IMG/VR virus record: IMGVR_UViG_3300047560_001581 | Location: 2,453-66,452 of that record | Length of the DNA: 64,000 bases | DNA from: a virus | Reading direction: 5' to 3' (one strand) | Part shown: in pieces, positions 37,674 to 48,440 of the stretch | Numbering within the stretch: position 1 is the stretch's first letter | How the letters are laid out: each line of letters begins with the position of its first letter | Position numbers and translations under genes: made by a program | The notes under the pieces: generated by a model | Told to the model about the DNA's origin: nothing | The model's database searches: none | Seen by the model: the letters and a program-made list of their open reading frames with translations, nothing else

Positions 37674-40600
37674 TTATTTCAGTTTCAATGTGACTGAAGG
37701 AGGTGTGAATGTTGATGTATAACGTGCATAGCCTTTAGTGATTCTAAAGTCTGCGATGTAACCATTCATGTAACTTGCGGCAGTTGTATTGTCTACACCG
37801 ATTCTTAATGGTTGTGTATTGGCTGTTCCCGTACCCATAGATGCAGTTGTGCCATCAACAGTTCCGTTAATGAACAATTTGCCCGTGTTACCACTCTTAG
37901 AAAATGCAATATGTGTCCACACGTTAGCAGCTATAGTACCAGTAGATGTAAGTGTAGTACCGCCTGTAAAATAGAACGAAACAGTATTAGCAGAGTTAAT
38001 ACGCAAGTTCCACCCGTCTGAGCTAGCTGAACTTCTAGTGACTGCAATATTATGTTCTACACTAACGGCATTTCTGTATACCCAGCATTCGATAGTCATA
38101 TCTTCTGCTACCATCTGATGCGCCGGGTTATATGGTACTGATATATAATCACCGCTACCATCAAAGTAATAACTGATACCGGCATTTACTTGGAATGGAT
38201 TCTGTGTAGCAACTTTAACCGTCGCTGGACCTGATAGAACCATTGAGAATGCGTTTGTGCTGTTATCTACAAATTTATTAGATTGGCATGTTAACAAACT
38301 AGTGTTTGCTATTGCTGTCAACGGTACTGTCGATGGCGTGAAGCCTGAAGTATATTGTGCAGCACCTTTGATAATTCGCAAGTTACTTAGATAGAAGTTA
38401 CCGTAACCAGCCCATGTTTGTGCATAACCTACATATAACGATGCACTAGTATCTGTGATGTTAGCACTAGAAGTACCAGTTGCGTCTAACACTCCGTTCT
38501 TAAACCAATAAAGAGTTGTGCCTGTTCTAACTAATGCCCAATGAGACCATACACCAGCTTCAACAGCAGAGGTTGTATAGAAATCATTCTGCTGTGTTAG
38601 TCTAGCACTCATCTTGGAAGCTTGCGTTGAGTTTCTATAAATTTGCCAACCGTCTGATGAGTCGTTGACTTTTTTACCAACTACACCAGCAGTGCCAGAA
38701 CTCCAAGTAATTGGATAGATCCAAAACTCGATAGTAAAATTACCAGTACCAAAATCTAACAATGTATTATGTGCAGTTGACATGTAGTCCGAAGTGCCAT
38801 TAAAGTAATTGCTATAGTAATTTCCATTGTAGGGACTAAATGTTACTGGTTTAGTTTCTCCTGCAGTTTCGAACGTACTTGTTCTTGATGAATCGATGAT
38901 GCCAGCACCTGTACCCGGCAACATAAATGTAGCACTGTATGGCAACGAGTTGACCGTAACAGATGATGTTAGTGGGGTCGATCCTGGGTAGAAGTTACTA
39001 GTGTATAATGCAGTACCTCTAATCACACGCACATCTGACATGTAGCCTTGGAACTGTGCATTGTAACCAGTCTGTGGTCCTGCTGCACCAACTGTTAAAG
39101 GATCAGATGTTGTATATAATGAACCGGCATTTGTGCCAGACTTATCAAGAATACCATTAATGAATAATCTGAATGTACTACCTGAACGAGTTAGTGCTAA
39201 GTGAGTCCATGTGTGTTGTTTAACTGTTGCAGTTGAAGAACCTAAATCAATTTCCCATGACCCACCACTAGTAGAGCCTAATACTCTAACAGTGTTTCCA
39301 GATTCCAAGTATATTACATAACTTGCGTATGCGTTAGCGGATCCCTGCCATTGTTTTCCAACGAATACTTGTTCAGACCCTGTTTTGGTAGTGTATATCC
39401 AACCTTCAACAGTGAAATCTGATGTTGTCATCCATTGGGATGGTTGATGTGCTGCAACTAAATAATCACCTGAGCCATCAAAGTACATACTACCACCAAA
39501 CGTTGTTGTATCGTAACTAGATGATGCGTTAGCTGTCGGAGTGAAAGGTGACACTGCTAATGGTCTAACATCGCCGCTGGTAGTTAAAGCATATGAATTT
39601 ATACTATTATCTTTTACAGTTGAATCTTTACAAGTCAACAAACTAGTACCTGATGATATTGCTGCAATATTTGTTCCAGAACTTTGAGTAGCAGACAATG
39701 GACTTGTAGGAGGAGTAAATGAACCGGTATATACACCTAAGCCCTTAACTACACGCAGATTACTAATATAGCCTGACATAGGAAAACTTGAGCTATCATA
39801 ACCATTAATACCCACAATAGGTCTAGTTGAAGTTCCTACTACGTAGTTATTATTGTCAGTGTACGTTGAGTTAACCTGTGATCCGTTAACATATAGTTTT
39901 CCGCTATTTGAAATTCTTACATAAGCAATATGATACCAGGTATTTACTGCTAACGTACCGCCGCTAGTTAAGATTGTACCCGCCAATGAATATACTTGTA
40001 CAACTCCGGCAGTAGTTATTTGTAAACCGAATCTACCGGTACCAGTTGAGTCTCCTGCGTTCAATGTATCGTACAACCCTCGTTGCACCGATAAGTTATT
40101 GACATACACCCACATTTCAATGGTAAAATCCCCAGTGCCCATTGAGAATGTTGATTGGTTACTAGGTAAAGTAAGGTAATCACCGCTACCATCAAAGTAT
40201 GTAGAATAGTATTTAGATACAGTTAATGTACTGAATGGTGAGAACTTTTGAACCTTTGGTGATCCATTTATAGTAGGAGTAAAGTTATTTACTGAGTTGT
40301 CAGCAAACGATCTTGATTGACCAGTTAACAAAGATGTATTCGCGGTTGCAGTCAGCGGGCTTGTAGGTGGTGTAAAAATCTGTGTACCTACAGTTGTGCT
40401 TGCAGTTGTATATTGTGCAGTACCTTTTAATATTCTAAAATTCGAAACGTACCCAGTAAGATAATCCGACGTACCACCAGATCCATAATTCACTACTCCT
40501 GATGTTCCATAGTTGCCGGTATCTGTACCAACGTATGCTAACATACCGTTGACATACATTTTAAACCCGTTAGCAGAAGTACTTTCTCTAACCACTGCAA

Positions 40601-43600
40601 GGTGATTCCATTGATCGTTTGCGATCAAATAACTGCAAGTATATGTTGTGGAACTTGGACCAGAATAATAACGCAAAGTACCCACTGTTGATCCGCTATA
40701 ACCACCTGTACCTAATAGGAACTGACTTCCTTGCACTGTGATTTGTTTGTTGTTAGTACCTGTCGGTAAGTTTACCCAACCTTCGAACGTAAATGCACCT
40801 GTACCGAATGCGTATTGTGCGCTTGACGGAAAAGTGATATATGATGAACCATCAAAATAGTTACTCCAGTTATCTCCGTATGGACTGAACGTTCCACCGC
40901 TAACCATATTGCCATTTTTAGCAACTATGTTATTGAAACCTGATACTTCATTGATGGTATTGTTATTATGAGGGCCGTTATACTGTAGTGTTAACAATTG
41001 TGTGTTTGCTACATTTGTCAAAGGTGATAAACTAGGTGTAAACACTGATGTATACAATGCAGTACCTTTTATAATTCTGACATTAGAAATATATCCCAAC
41101 CAATCATTCGATGTAGTACCATTTTGTCTACCAATGTAGACAGGGCCCGAACTAACGTTAGTATCAGTGTTTGTGGCAGTTCCATCTACTACGCCGTTGA
41201 TAAATTGTTTAACTGTTGAACCGGATCTAGCGATAGCAACGTGTACCCATTGATTCAATGGAATTGCGTTCGTAGATGTTATCCAAGATGAAGTTGAGTT
41301 AAATGCAGTTAATTGATTTGACGAGTTCATGTAGAACAATACGTTGACGTATGAGCCTCCACGCAAATCAACAATGGCTCGTTGTGTGCCTGAATCAGTT
41401 CTGTACACCCATGCTTCAATAGTGTAATCTCCGCTTAATGCGAATGCAGGAGATGATGCTATTGAGCAATAATCACCGGATCCATCAAAATACATACTAC
41501 CGTAAGTATTTACTAAGGTGCTTGAATAGCTAAGTGCAAACGGTGACACTGGTACCTGCGTAGCTGATGAGGTTCCTATTGTGATAGTAGCACCGGTAGA
41601 TGAATTATCTTTGATAGTAGTATCATTACATAATAATAATACTGTATTCGCAATTGCAGTTAATGGTGTCGTACTAGGAGTGAATGCGGTACTATATACT
41701 ACTGTTTTAGTAATGCGAAGATTGTTAACAAGACCGTTGTACTTTGTTCCTATTTGACCAGTATCTTGCCCGACGTATATAGTTTGGGCGGCGCCACCGT
41801 CTACTGAACCTGCATATGTTTGAGTAGATTCTGCCACACCGTTCAAATACATAGTAAATGTATTACCACTTCTAACAATTGCTACATGATACCATGTGTT
41901 ATTCTGGATAGAAGTAGAACTAACTAGCCAATTAGCTGTATTTTGTGCGTCATACACACCAAACACTAGTTTAGTAGGATAATCTTGGTGTCTATCGTCT
42001 AGTTGCCATCTGTGCATATTCCAGTCACCGTTGCACAATAATATTGGATAGTCATTAGTTTTTGCTCTAGTATTGAACCATAGTTCAATAGTAAAATTAC
42101 TAGTGCCTAATGCAAACGCACTATTGCTAGGAAGATATAGGTAATCAGTTGAACCATTGAAGTTAGTAGAATAATACTGTGCAGTGAGTTGGTATGCAGA
42201 ACCGAAAGGGCTCAGTGGAACAATTTTTGTACCCGACCCCGCAGTCACAGTAGCATACACCGGTGACGAATCTATGTGTCTAGGACGATTACAAGTGACT
42301 AGACTAACATATGAGCTAGACACTTTAGGTGATGTAGGAATTGTAATTGTAGTTGAAGACGCTGAATAAGGTGCGCTTCCTGCAGGTCCATTGAACACGC
42401 TAACATTTGAAACATAACCACTTAGATATACACCGTTATATTCACCGTCAATACCTAGACCAATACGCAACGCACCTGGGTTTGCATCAGTAGCAGTGTT
42501 TAATCCGCTGTAAGTCGCTCCTCTAGTCCCGTTAATAAACAATGACCAGATTGCACTTGATTTTACCAATGCAATATGATACCACATGCCGGGTACTGGA
42601 ATTGTTGTTGAAGTTATCGTGCCAATCGCACTTGTTCCAGGTGAACCTGATGCGCCCCATACTAGCTTAACGTATTTACTAGCATCTAGTTGAACAGACC
42701 AGTTTTGAAAACTTACACCGTTTCTGCCTGACTTGTCCATGATAACCTGATTAGCACTAACAGTAGTCCAATACACCCAGCATTCAGCAATAAATGTATT
42801 AGTGTCACCTGACATGATTGATAAGTTTGAATTATGTGGGATGCTTACATAATCGTTAGATGTTCCGTTGAATTGAACACTGTAATAACCGGGCTGATAT
42901 TGGTTGAAAGTTTGTACTCTAGTATCTCCTGGAACAGTAATCGGTGCATTATTGATACTAGCGTCATTCACAATTGAGCTTGTTTGACTACTTGCACTAG
43001 CAGATATTAATAATGTCGTATACTGCCAATACAAATCTGCTAATGATATTACCCATGTAATCGTATTTGTTGCACTTCTGTTAGTGCTAGCGGCAGTAGC
43101 AGTAAACAAGGTTGATGATGTGCCTTCAACTGTGGGTGTTCCGCTGACTGTTCCTGAACTTAATGATAGCCCGGTGGGCAATGCATTTGCAGTGTATGTA
43201 ATAGATTTTCCAGCAGCACTAGTTGCTGACAATACCTGTGAGTATAAAGTACCATCTAGTTGTACTGTTGACCCGGGTGTAGGAGCACCCCAAGTAACTA
43301 CGTCTTGTTGTACGTTGAAATAAATTGTCTCAGATGCAGTGCGAGTAGTTGCGTTACCAGTTGCCGTAATTGTAGTAGCAGTATTTCCTACAGCCGTTGC
43401 TGCACCACTGATTACACCTGCTGATAATGTTAACCCTGTAGGCAATCCAGATGCTGAATAGTTGACCGTGTCGCTTGCTGCGCTTGTTGCAGATAATGTT
43501 ACATTTGAGATGTTTGAATATTCATAACTGTTGACTACTGAACCATTTGATGGACTTGACCACGTTATAACATCAGGGTTGATAGTAATACTGAACTGAC

Positions 43601-44189
43601 GATTTGTATCTTGGTTCTGTGCGTCAGATGCCGCAACAGTAAATGTATAAGTTGTAGGGGATCCTGAACCAACTACACTAGTACCAGTAATAGTACCGTT
43701 TGTGTTCAGTGTTGCTCCTGTCGGTAGCGAACCACTAACTACACTATATGTAACAGGGGCATCACCTGTGGCTGAAACTGACCTACTAAAAGCAGAGGTT
43801 TCATATTGACTACCTAATGAACCAGCTGATGTAGTCCACGCAGGTGTACCTGAATATTGAATACCTGGTACAGCGATACCAGTACCACCGTCACTGTTAA
43901 CCACATATAGAATATAACTACCTGCTGAATTTGCAGGGCTTGTAAATGTAATAGACGTTGAACTGACGACTGTAACTACACTTGCTGTAGCTGTACCAAC
44001 CAACACTGATGCGCCAGTTGCAAAGCCTGTACCAGTAATAGTAATAGTCTGTCCGCCTGCAGTATCTGCCGCAGTATCATTGCCTACATATGCAATACTT
44101 GTAATCTTTGGTGTAGTAAGTGCAGTGATTGTAGTTGCGATAACATCCGTTACTGTCCCGCTTTTAATTTCTTTTGAAGATTGTGTCAT
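37674..44189 (-). CDS. Giant adhesin: IPT/TIG, Ig-like repeats and 8 LamG/concanavalin-like domains
   Basis: ITITGTGF (IPT), three LPTG(L/A)xL Ig repeats and eight S-x-x-F(D/N)G-x-x-DY...FTIExW...WxHxA...NxRI units. Start at 44189 by TAATG coupling. Confidence 0.85.
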   Translation of the reverse strand: MTQSSKEIKSGTVTDVIATTITALTTPKITSIAYVGNDTAADTAGGQTITITGTGFATGASVLVGTATASVVTVVSSTSITFTSPANSAGSYILYVVNSDGGTGIAVPGIQYSGTPAWTTSAGSLGSQYETSAFSRSVSATGDAPVTYSVVSGSLPTGATLNTNGTITGTSVVGSGSPTTYTFTVAASDAQNQDTNRQFSITINPDVITWSSPSNGSVVNSYEYSNISNVTLSATSAASDTVNYSASGLPTGLTLSAGVISGAATAVGNTATTITATGNATTRTASETIYFNVQQDVVTWGAPTPGSTVQLDGTLYSQVLSATSAAGKSITYTANALPTGLSLSSGTVSGTPTVEGTSSTLFTATAASTNRSATNTITWVISLADLYWQYTTLLISASASSQTSSIVNDASINNAPITVPGDTRVQTFNQYQPGYYSVQFNGTSNDYVSIPHNSNLSIMSGDTNTFIAECWVYWTTVSANQVIMDKSGRNGVSFQNWSVQLDASKYVKLVWGASGSPGTSAIGTITSTTIPVPGMWYHIALVKSSAIWSLFINGTRGATYSGLNTATDANPGALRIGLGIDGEYNGVYLSGYVSNVSVFNGPAGSAPYSASSTTITIPTSPKVSSSYVSLVTCNRPRHIDSSPVYATVTAGSGTKIVPLSPFGSAYQLTAQYYSTNFNGSTDYLYLPSNSAFALGTSNFTIELWFNTRAKTNDYPILLCNGDWNMHRWQLDDRHQDYPTKLVFGVYDAQNTANWLVSSTSIQNNTWYHVAIVRSGNTFTMYLNGVAESTQTYAGSVDGGAAQTIYVGQDTGQIGTKYNGLVNNLRITKTVVYSTAFTPSTTPLTAIANTVLLLCNDTTIKDNSSTGATITIGTSSATQVPVSPFALSYSSTLVNTYGSMYFDGSGDYCSIASSPAFALSGDYTIEAWVYRTDSGTQRAIVDLRGGSYVNVLFYMNSSNQLTAFNSTSSWITSTNAIPLNQWVHVAIARSGSTVKQFINGVVDGTATNTDTNVSSGPVYIGRQNGTTSNDWLGYISNVRIIKGTALYTSVFTPSLSPLTNVANTQLLTLQYNGPHNNNTINEVSGFNNIVAKNGNMVSGGTFSPYGDNWSNYFDGSSYITFPSSAQYAFGTGAFTFEGWVNLPTGTNNKQITVQGSQFLLGTGGYSGSTVGTLRYYSGPSSTTYTCSYLIANDQWNHLAVVRESTSANGFKMYVNGMLAYVGTDTGNYGTSGVVNYGSGGTSDYLTGYVSNFRILKGTAQYTTASTTVGTQIFTPPTSPLTATANTSLLTGQSRSFADNSVNNFTPTINGSPKVQKFSPFSTLTVSKYYSTYFDGSGDYLTLPSNQSTFSMGTGDFTIEMWVYVNNLSVQRGLYDTLNAGDSTGTGRFGLQITTAGVVQVYSLAGTILTSGGTLAVNTWYHIAYVRISNSGKLYVNGSQVNSTYTDNNNYVVGTSTRPIVGINGYDSSSFPMSGYISNLRVVKGLGVYTGSFTPPTSPLSATQSSGTNIAAISSGTSLLTCKDSTVKDNSINSYALTTSGDVRPLAVSPFTPTANASSSYDTTTFGGSMYFDGSGDYLVAAHQPSQWMTTSDFTVEGWIYTTKTGSEQVFVGKQWQGSANAYASYVIYLESGNTVRVLGSTSGGSWEIDLGSSTATVKQHTWTHLALTRSGSTFRLFINGILDKSGTNAGSLYTTSDPLTVGAAGPQTGYNAQFQGYMSDVRVIRGTALYTSNFYPGSTPLTSSVTVNSLPYSATFMLPGTGAGIIDSSRTSTFETAGETKPVTFSPYNGNYYSNYFNGTSDYMSTAHNTLLDFGTGNFTIEFWIYPITWSSGTAGVVGKKVNDSSDGWQIYRNSTQASKMSARLTQQNDFYTTSAVEAGVWSHWALVRTGTTLYWFKNGVLDATGTSSANITDTSASLYVGYAQTWAGYGNFYLSNLRIIKGAAQYTSGFTPSTVPLTAIANTSLLTCQSNKFVDNSTNAFSMVLSGPATVKVATQNPFQVNAGISYYFDGSGDYISVPYNPAHQMVAEDMTIECWVYRNAVSVEHNIAVTRSSASSDGWNLRINSANTVSFYFTGGTTLTSTGTIAANVWTHIAFSKSGNTGKLFINGTVDGTTASMGTGTANTQPLRIGVDNTTAASYMNGYIADFRITKGYARYTSTFTPPSVTLKLK

Positions 44190-47128
44190 TATAATCCTAT
44201 CACTTTCCAACCATATGTACTATTACTATAAACTATTTCCACAGTAGCCTTATTGTAATCTACTGCTAAGTTATCACTTACGCCTTCTATCTTTTTACCA
44301 TTACGTCCCAATATCAAACTGTGCGTACCGAATGTACCTGCTAAGTCATTAATTTTAATCGAATCACCTAGATTAGGACTACCTGGTAAGGTTAATGTTA
44401 TTGCAGTTGAGGATGTGTCTACGAAATACCCATTAAATGCCGTAGCATTAGTATCAACAGTAATCACACTCCATGTGTATGATCCTGTCGGTGCTGCTGA
44501 GAACACACCATTACCATATAAGATGTTACTTGCATTACCATCTTTGTTGATAGTTGCAATGTTTCCAAGGCCTGTTATGTTTGCTACTGGTATTGAAGTT
44601 ACAGTCGGTGCAGCAGCAAATGAGCCATTACCATAAAGAATGTTGCTTAGATTACCGTCTATATTGATAGTGGCAATGTTACCAATACCAGTAACATTTG
44701 CTACCGGAAGACTTGATATAGATCCAATTGCAGTACCCAACTCACGAATTTGAATCTTCTTACCTGTAGTAGGAGCAGAGACAAATGTTAGCGTACCGGA
44801 AGATACTGTATAATCTGTAACCGGTGTCTTTGTCAATCCATCAACTACGACAAGAAGGCTAGACGCATATGTACCAGACGATACCGCATAACTAGATGTT
44901 GATCCATCAGCTAAGTAGTTTCTTACTGTCAGGTCACCTGCGCCTGTTGCAATGCTCATCGTAGTAGTAACTTCAACTAATGATCCATCTTCAGGTGCTT
45001 CACTGAATGTGATAACTGCACCACTCAATGAATAGGCGCTACGTAATTGCGCTGCGCCGTTATAGTTAACGAATGTTTGATTTTTGTTGCCGGGTGTGAT
45101 GGACAACGTGAACGCAGTTTGGACCCCATTACCGGTGAAGTTATCAACTGTGATTGATCCATACTCACTAGTTACTGAAGGGTCAGTCCATGATAAGTTA
45201 CCAGATCCATCTGTCTTTAGAACTTGACCAGTTGTACCACCAGTGATAGTTATGTTACCGATTGCACCCAACACAGATAGGCCAGATACTTCTAGATTCC
45301 CTATACTCAAGTCACCTGTATATGTTGGTAAGTAAACTTCAACGTTTGAGTTACCATAAGTTACTGGTGCGCTAGCAAAGACGCCATTACCATATAAGAT
45401 GTTACTTGCATTACCATCTTTGTTGATAGTTGCGATGTTACCGATTCCATCGACATTAGCTACTGCCACTGAATTAGCGATTGAAGCGTATCCAACTTCT
45501 CCGAATACATTATCACCTGCAACATAATTCGCAGTATCAGCTATGTAAGCATGTGATGCATTGTCTACGTTGCCGACGACATTGGCACCGTCTACTGACA
45601 ATGCAATGTTCGCTACGTTGGCATTTGCACCTAAGTTATCAACAAAACTAGTTGTTACACGTGCATCAATCGCAGTGTTAGCACGTGACACTGTATAATA
45701 CTGGTTGGTGCCTTCACTTACATTCGTAGTTGATTTTGTTGCTAACCAAGTATCAGCCGTAGAGCTAAATGAACTTGTGCTTAATTTGTTGGCTAATGCG
45801 TTTGTAATAGTAGTTGAGTAGCTAGCGTCATTACCCAATGCATCCGCTAGTTCTTTCAATGTATCTAGGGCAGACGGTGCTGAGTTAACTAAATTAGCAA
45901 CAGCATTTGATACATCAGTCTGTGTTGCATAAGTTGATAAGTTAGCTATTACTAGATAGCCTGCATCGTTTGTTAAATCACTTACGTTATCGCCTGGCTG
46001 CACCGCAGAGTCAGCAGTTGAACCCTGTGCCGCTGTGGCATAATCGGTTGCATCTGTTGCCGCCGCTGTACCAAGAGTTGGTTTGTTTGTCAAATCTGCA
46101 TAGCTACCACTAAACAAACTTGGCTTATTTGCCAATGATGAATACTCACCATTAAACAACGATGGCTTGTTTGTTAAATCTGTGTAGCTACCGCTAAACA
46201 AACTTGGCTTGTTTGCAAGAGATGAGTACTCTCCATCAAACAATGACGGTTTGTTTGTCAAGTCTAAGTAACTACCACTAAACAAACTTGGTTTATTTGA
46301 TAGTTCGTCATAGTCTCCGGTTAAGGCTACACTTGCCAAATTGCCCATTTGAACAGCGTTGTCTGCTTTTGTTCCTTGTTCTGATGTAGCGAATTGGGAT
46401 GCAGCATAACCTTGCAAGGTCGCTGCGTTTACACCCAAGTTATCAACAAAACTTGTTGTAACTCTGTTATCAATAGCTGTGTTTGCACGTGCTATCGTAT
46501 AGTATTGGTTAGTACCTTCAGTTACATCACTAGTTGATTTAGTTGCCAACCAGGTGTCAGCAGTAGAACTGAAACTACTTGTGCTTAGTTTATTTGCTAA
46601 CGCATTTGTAATAGTAGTTGAGTAGCTAGCGTCATTACCCAGTGCATCTGCTAGTTCTTTTAGCGTGTCTAACGCACTAGGAGCTGAATTAATTAAGTTG
46701 CCTATTGCATTACTTACATCGGTTCCAGTTGCATAGCCTGATAATGCACTAGAAGTAATGAACCCAGTGTCATTGGTCAAATCGCTTACGTTTGCTGGAA
46801 TAGTAGGCTTATTAGATAAGTCAGCATAACTTCCGCTAAACAATGTTGGTTTGTTTGCTAGAGATGCATACTCGCCATCAAACAACGTTGGTTTGTTGTT
46901 TAAATCTTCATAGTTTCCAGTAATAGCGACATTTGCTAAATCTGAAGATATCAAGTACCCAGCATCGTTCGTAAATGATGCTACAGTGTACGTTACCCCG
47001 TTAGCGTACTTTAAGTGGTCAGTTTTTACATTACCAGCACTAACATTACCCGTGCCGGAGATACTGTTAACTACATAGTCACCAGTCGTATCTATTGCTC
47101 TGGGTTTGATTGTTGTTATTGCTGCCAT
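44189..47128 (-). CDS. Modular tail fibre protein
   Basis: Two APSALDTLKELADALGND modules, NKP tandem repeats, two FTG-like domains and a C-terminal YFVDT..TLTLP..GD..YGW junction domain. Confidence 0.8.
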   Translation of the reverse strand: MAAITTIKPRAIDTTGDYVVNSISGTGNVSAGNVKTDHLKYANGVTYTVASFTNDAGYLISSDLANVAITGNYEDLNNKPTLFDGEYASLANKPTLFSGSYADLSNKPTIPANVSDLTNDTGFITSSALSGYATGTDVSNAIGNLINSAPSALDTLKELADALGNDASYSTTITNALANKLSTSSFSSTADTWLATKSTSDVTEGTNQYYTIARANTAIDNRVTTSFVDNLGVNAATLQGYAASQFATSEQGTKADNAVQMGNLASVALTGDYDELSNKPSLFSGSYLDLTNKPSLFDGEYSSLANKPSLFSGSYTDLTNKPSLFNGEYSSLANKPSLFSGSYADLTNKPTLGTAAATDATDYATAAQGSTADSAVQPGDNVSDLTNDAGYLVIANLSTYATQTDVSNAVANLVNSAPSALDTLKELADALGNDASYSTTITNALANKLSTSSFSSTADTWLATKSTTNVSEGTNQYYTVSRANTAIDARVTTSFVDNLGANANVANIALSVDGANVVGNVDNASHAYIADTANYVAGDNVFGEVGYASIANSVAVANVDGIGNIATINKDGNASNILYGNGVFASAPVTYGNSNVEVYLPTYTGDLSIGNLEVSGLSVLGAIGNITITGGTTGQVLKTDGSGNLSWTDPSVTSEYGSITVDNFTGNGVQTAFTLSITPGNKNQTFVNYNGAAQLRSAYSLSGAVITFSEAPEDGSLVEVTTTMSIATGAGDLTVRNYLADGSTSSYAVSSGTYASSLLVVVDGLTKTPVTDYTVSSGTLTFVSAPTTGKKIQIRELGTAIGSISSLPVANVTGIGNIATINIDGNLSNILYGNGSFAAAPTVTSIPVANITGLGNIATINKDGNASNILYGNGVFSAAPTGSYTWSVITVDTNATAFNGYFVDTSSTAITLTLPGSPNLGDSIKINDLAGTFGTHSLILGRNGKKIEGVSDNLAVDYNKATVEIVYSNSTYGWKVIGL
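46075..46320 (-). repeat. In-frame 42-bp (14-aa) alternating tandem repeat
   Basis: LFSGSYxDLTNKPS alternates with LF(D/N)GEYSSLANKPS; a shorter array lies at about 46800-46915. Confidence 0.85.
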
Positions 47129-47161
47129 TATTCTTATACCTTATTATGTATTTAGCTACTG

Positions 47162-48097
47162 TTAAAGTGTCAAGGTTCCTGAAGAAAGAAACTGAAAAAT
47201 TTGATATGTGAATCCGGTAGATATATCAACCCATGTATATGAATATGCACCCGTATGCGTCGGCGTCTTATAAGTTGATATTAGATCATTTATCAGTACT
47301 CTGATTACAACAATCCCTGAGCCACCTGAGCCAGGTCCTGCAGCGTTGGTTGCTTGATACATGCCGCCACCAGCGCCGCCACCAGTATTAGTTCCACCGT
47401 TTTCACCTGGTTTGTTTGATGTGCTACTATTACCACCTGTGCTTCCCAGGCCTCCACCGCCGAGTCCACCTAATCCAGGGGTATATGTAGAATATTGACC
47501 GCCACCACCACCACCTGCATAGTAAACACTAACGCCAGTAATAGAAGATTGTGCACCTACGCCGCCTGCACCTGAATAGTGAAGTACAGTTGGGCTACCA
47601 CCAGCCCCACCAGCTCCGCCGCCGCCTGCGCCGCCGCCAGACGCACCAGAGGCTAATGCGCCGCCGCCTGCATATCCCTGACCTGATGTAGGTGACCCTC
47701 CTGTTGCTCCGTTTAACTGTCCTCCAGAGCCGCCGCCTGAACCGCCACTTGATCCACTTGTTCTGTAGTTACCGCCCTTGCCGCCACCTACTGTAGTAAT
47801 AGTAGCAAAACCTGTACCTGCTATACTGGAAGAAGAGCCATTTGCGCCTGACCCACCGGCGCCTACCGTAGCTGTAATAGTGACAGAACCTGATAATCCA
47901 GACACAGTTCCAGTTAAATAGCCGCCTGCGCCGCCGCCACCGCCTGCACCTGTTGTACCAGCAAGAATACTTCCGCCGCCGCCACCACCGGCAACTACTA
48001 TATAGGTAAAGGTAGTCTGTGAAGGATACGTACCCTGTACATTCATAACAGAACTTTTATTAACAGGTCCTGTTTTCTTCAAAGACCTAATACCCAT
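47162..48097 (-). CDS. Glycine-rich adhesin-like tip protein
   Basis: YIVVAGGGGGG, YYAGGGGGG, GGSGIVVIR and terminal FLSSGTLTL. Confidence 0.72.
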   Translation of the reverse strand: MGIRSLKKTGPVNKSSVMNVQGTYPSQTTFTYIVVAGGGGGGSILAGTTGAGGGGGAGGYLTGTVSGLSGSVTITATVGAGGSGANGSSSSIAGTGFATITTVGGGKGGNYRTSGSSGGSGGGSGGQLNGATGGSPTSGQGYAGGGALASGASGGGAGGGGAGGAGGSPTVLHYSGAGGVGAQSSITGVSVYYAGGGGGGQYSTYTPGLGGLGGGGLGSTGGNSSTSNKPGENGGTNTGGGAGGGMYQATNAAGPGSGGSGIVVIRVLINDLISTYKTPTHTGAYSYTWVDISTGFTYQIFQFLSSGTLTL

Positions 48098-48426
48098 TAT
48101 GTTATCTCCGAACCAAACAAACTAAAACTTACGGACGTTGTGTTTGCGTACACTGTAACTATATCTGTAGTTGCCAATGACAAACCGATTGTTAATGTTA
48201 ACAGGTCATTACCAGCAACTACAGTATCATATGCTATATAATGTTGTGCAGCTATAGAAGCGCCTGCAGGTCTTACTGCAACACGAACTGCAACGTTTGT
48301 ACTTGCTTGATTGCAAATTGTCAGTGACGAAGCAACTGCACTTTTTCCTGCACCAACTGTATACAAATCCGTGTTTGTAGTTGCAGCTGGATTACTTTGT
48401 CCTAATACTTTGTATGTGAAAGCCAT
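48097..48426 (-). CDS. Small beta-sandwich adaptor (YKVLGQ family)
   Basis: Paralog of 26528..26857. Confidence 0.6.
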   Translation of the reverse strand: MAFTYKVLGQSNPAATTNTDLYTVGAGKSAVASSLTICNQASTNVAVRVAVRPAGASIAAQHYIAYDTVVAGNDLLTLTIGLSLATTDIVTVYANTTSVSFSLFGSEIT

Positions 48427-48440
48427 AATTTATTCCTTTA

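Noticed and set aside
46075-46320. CRISPR-like array
   Set aside because: The units are contiguous, degenerate at third codon positions and in frame within a CDS; there are no unique spacers.
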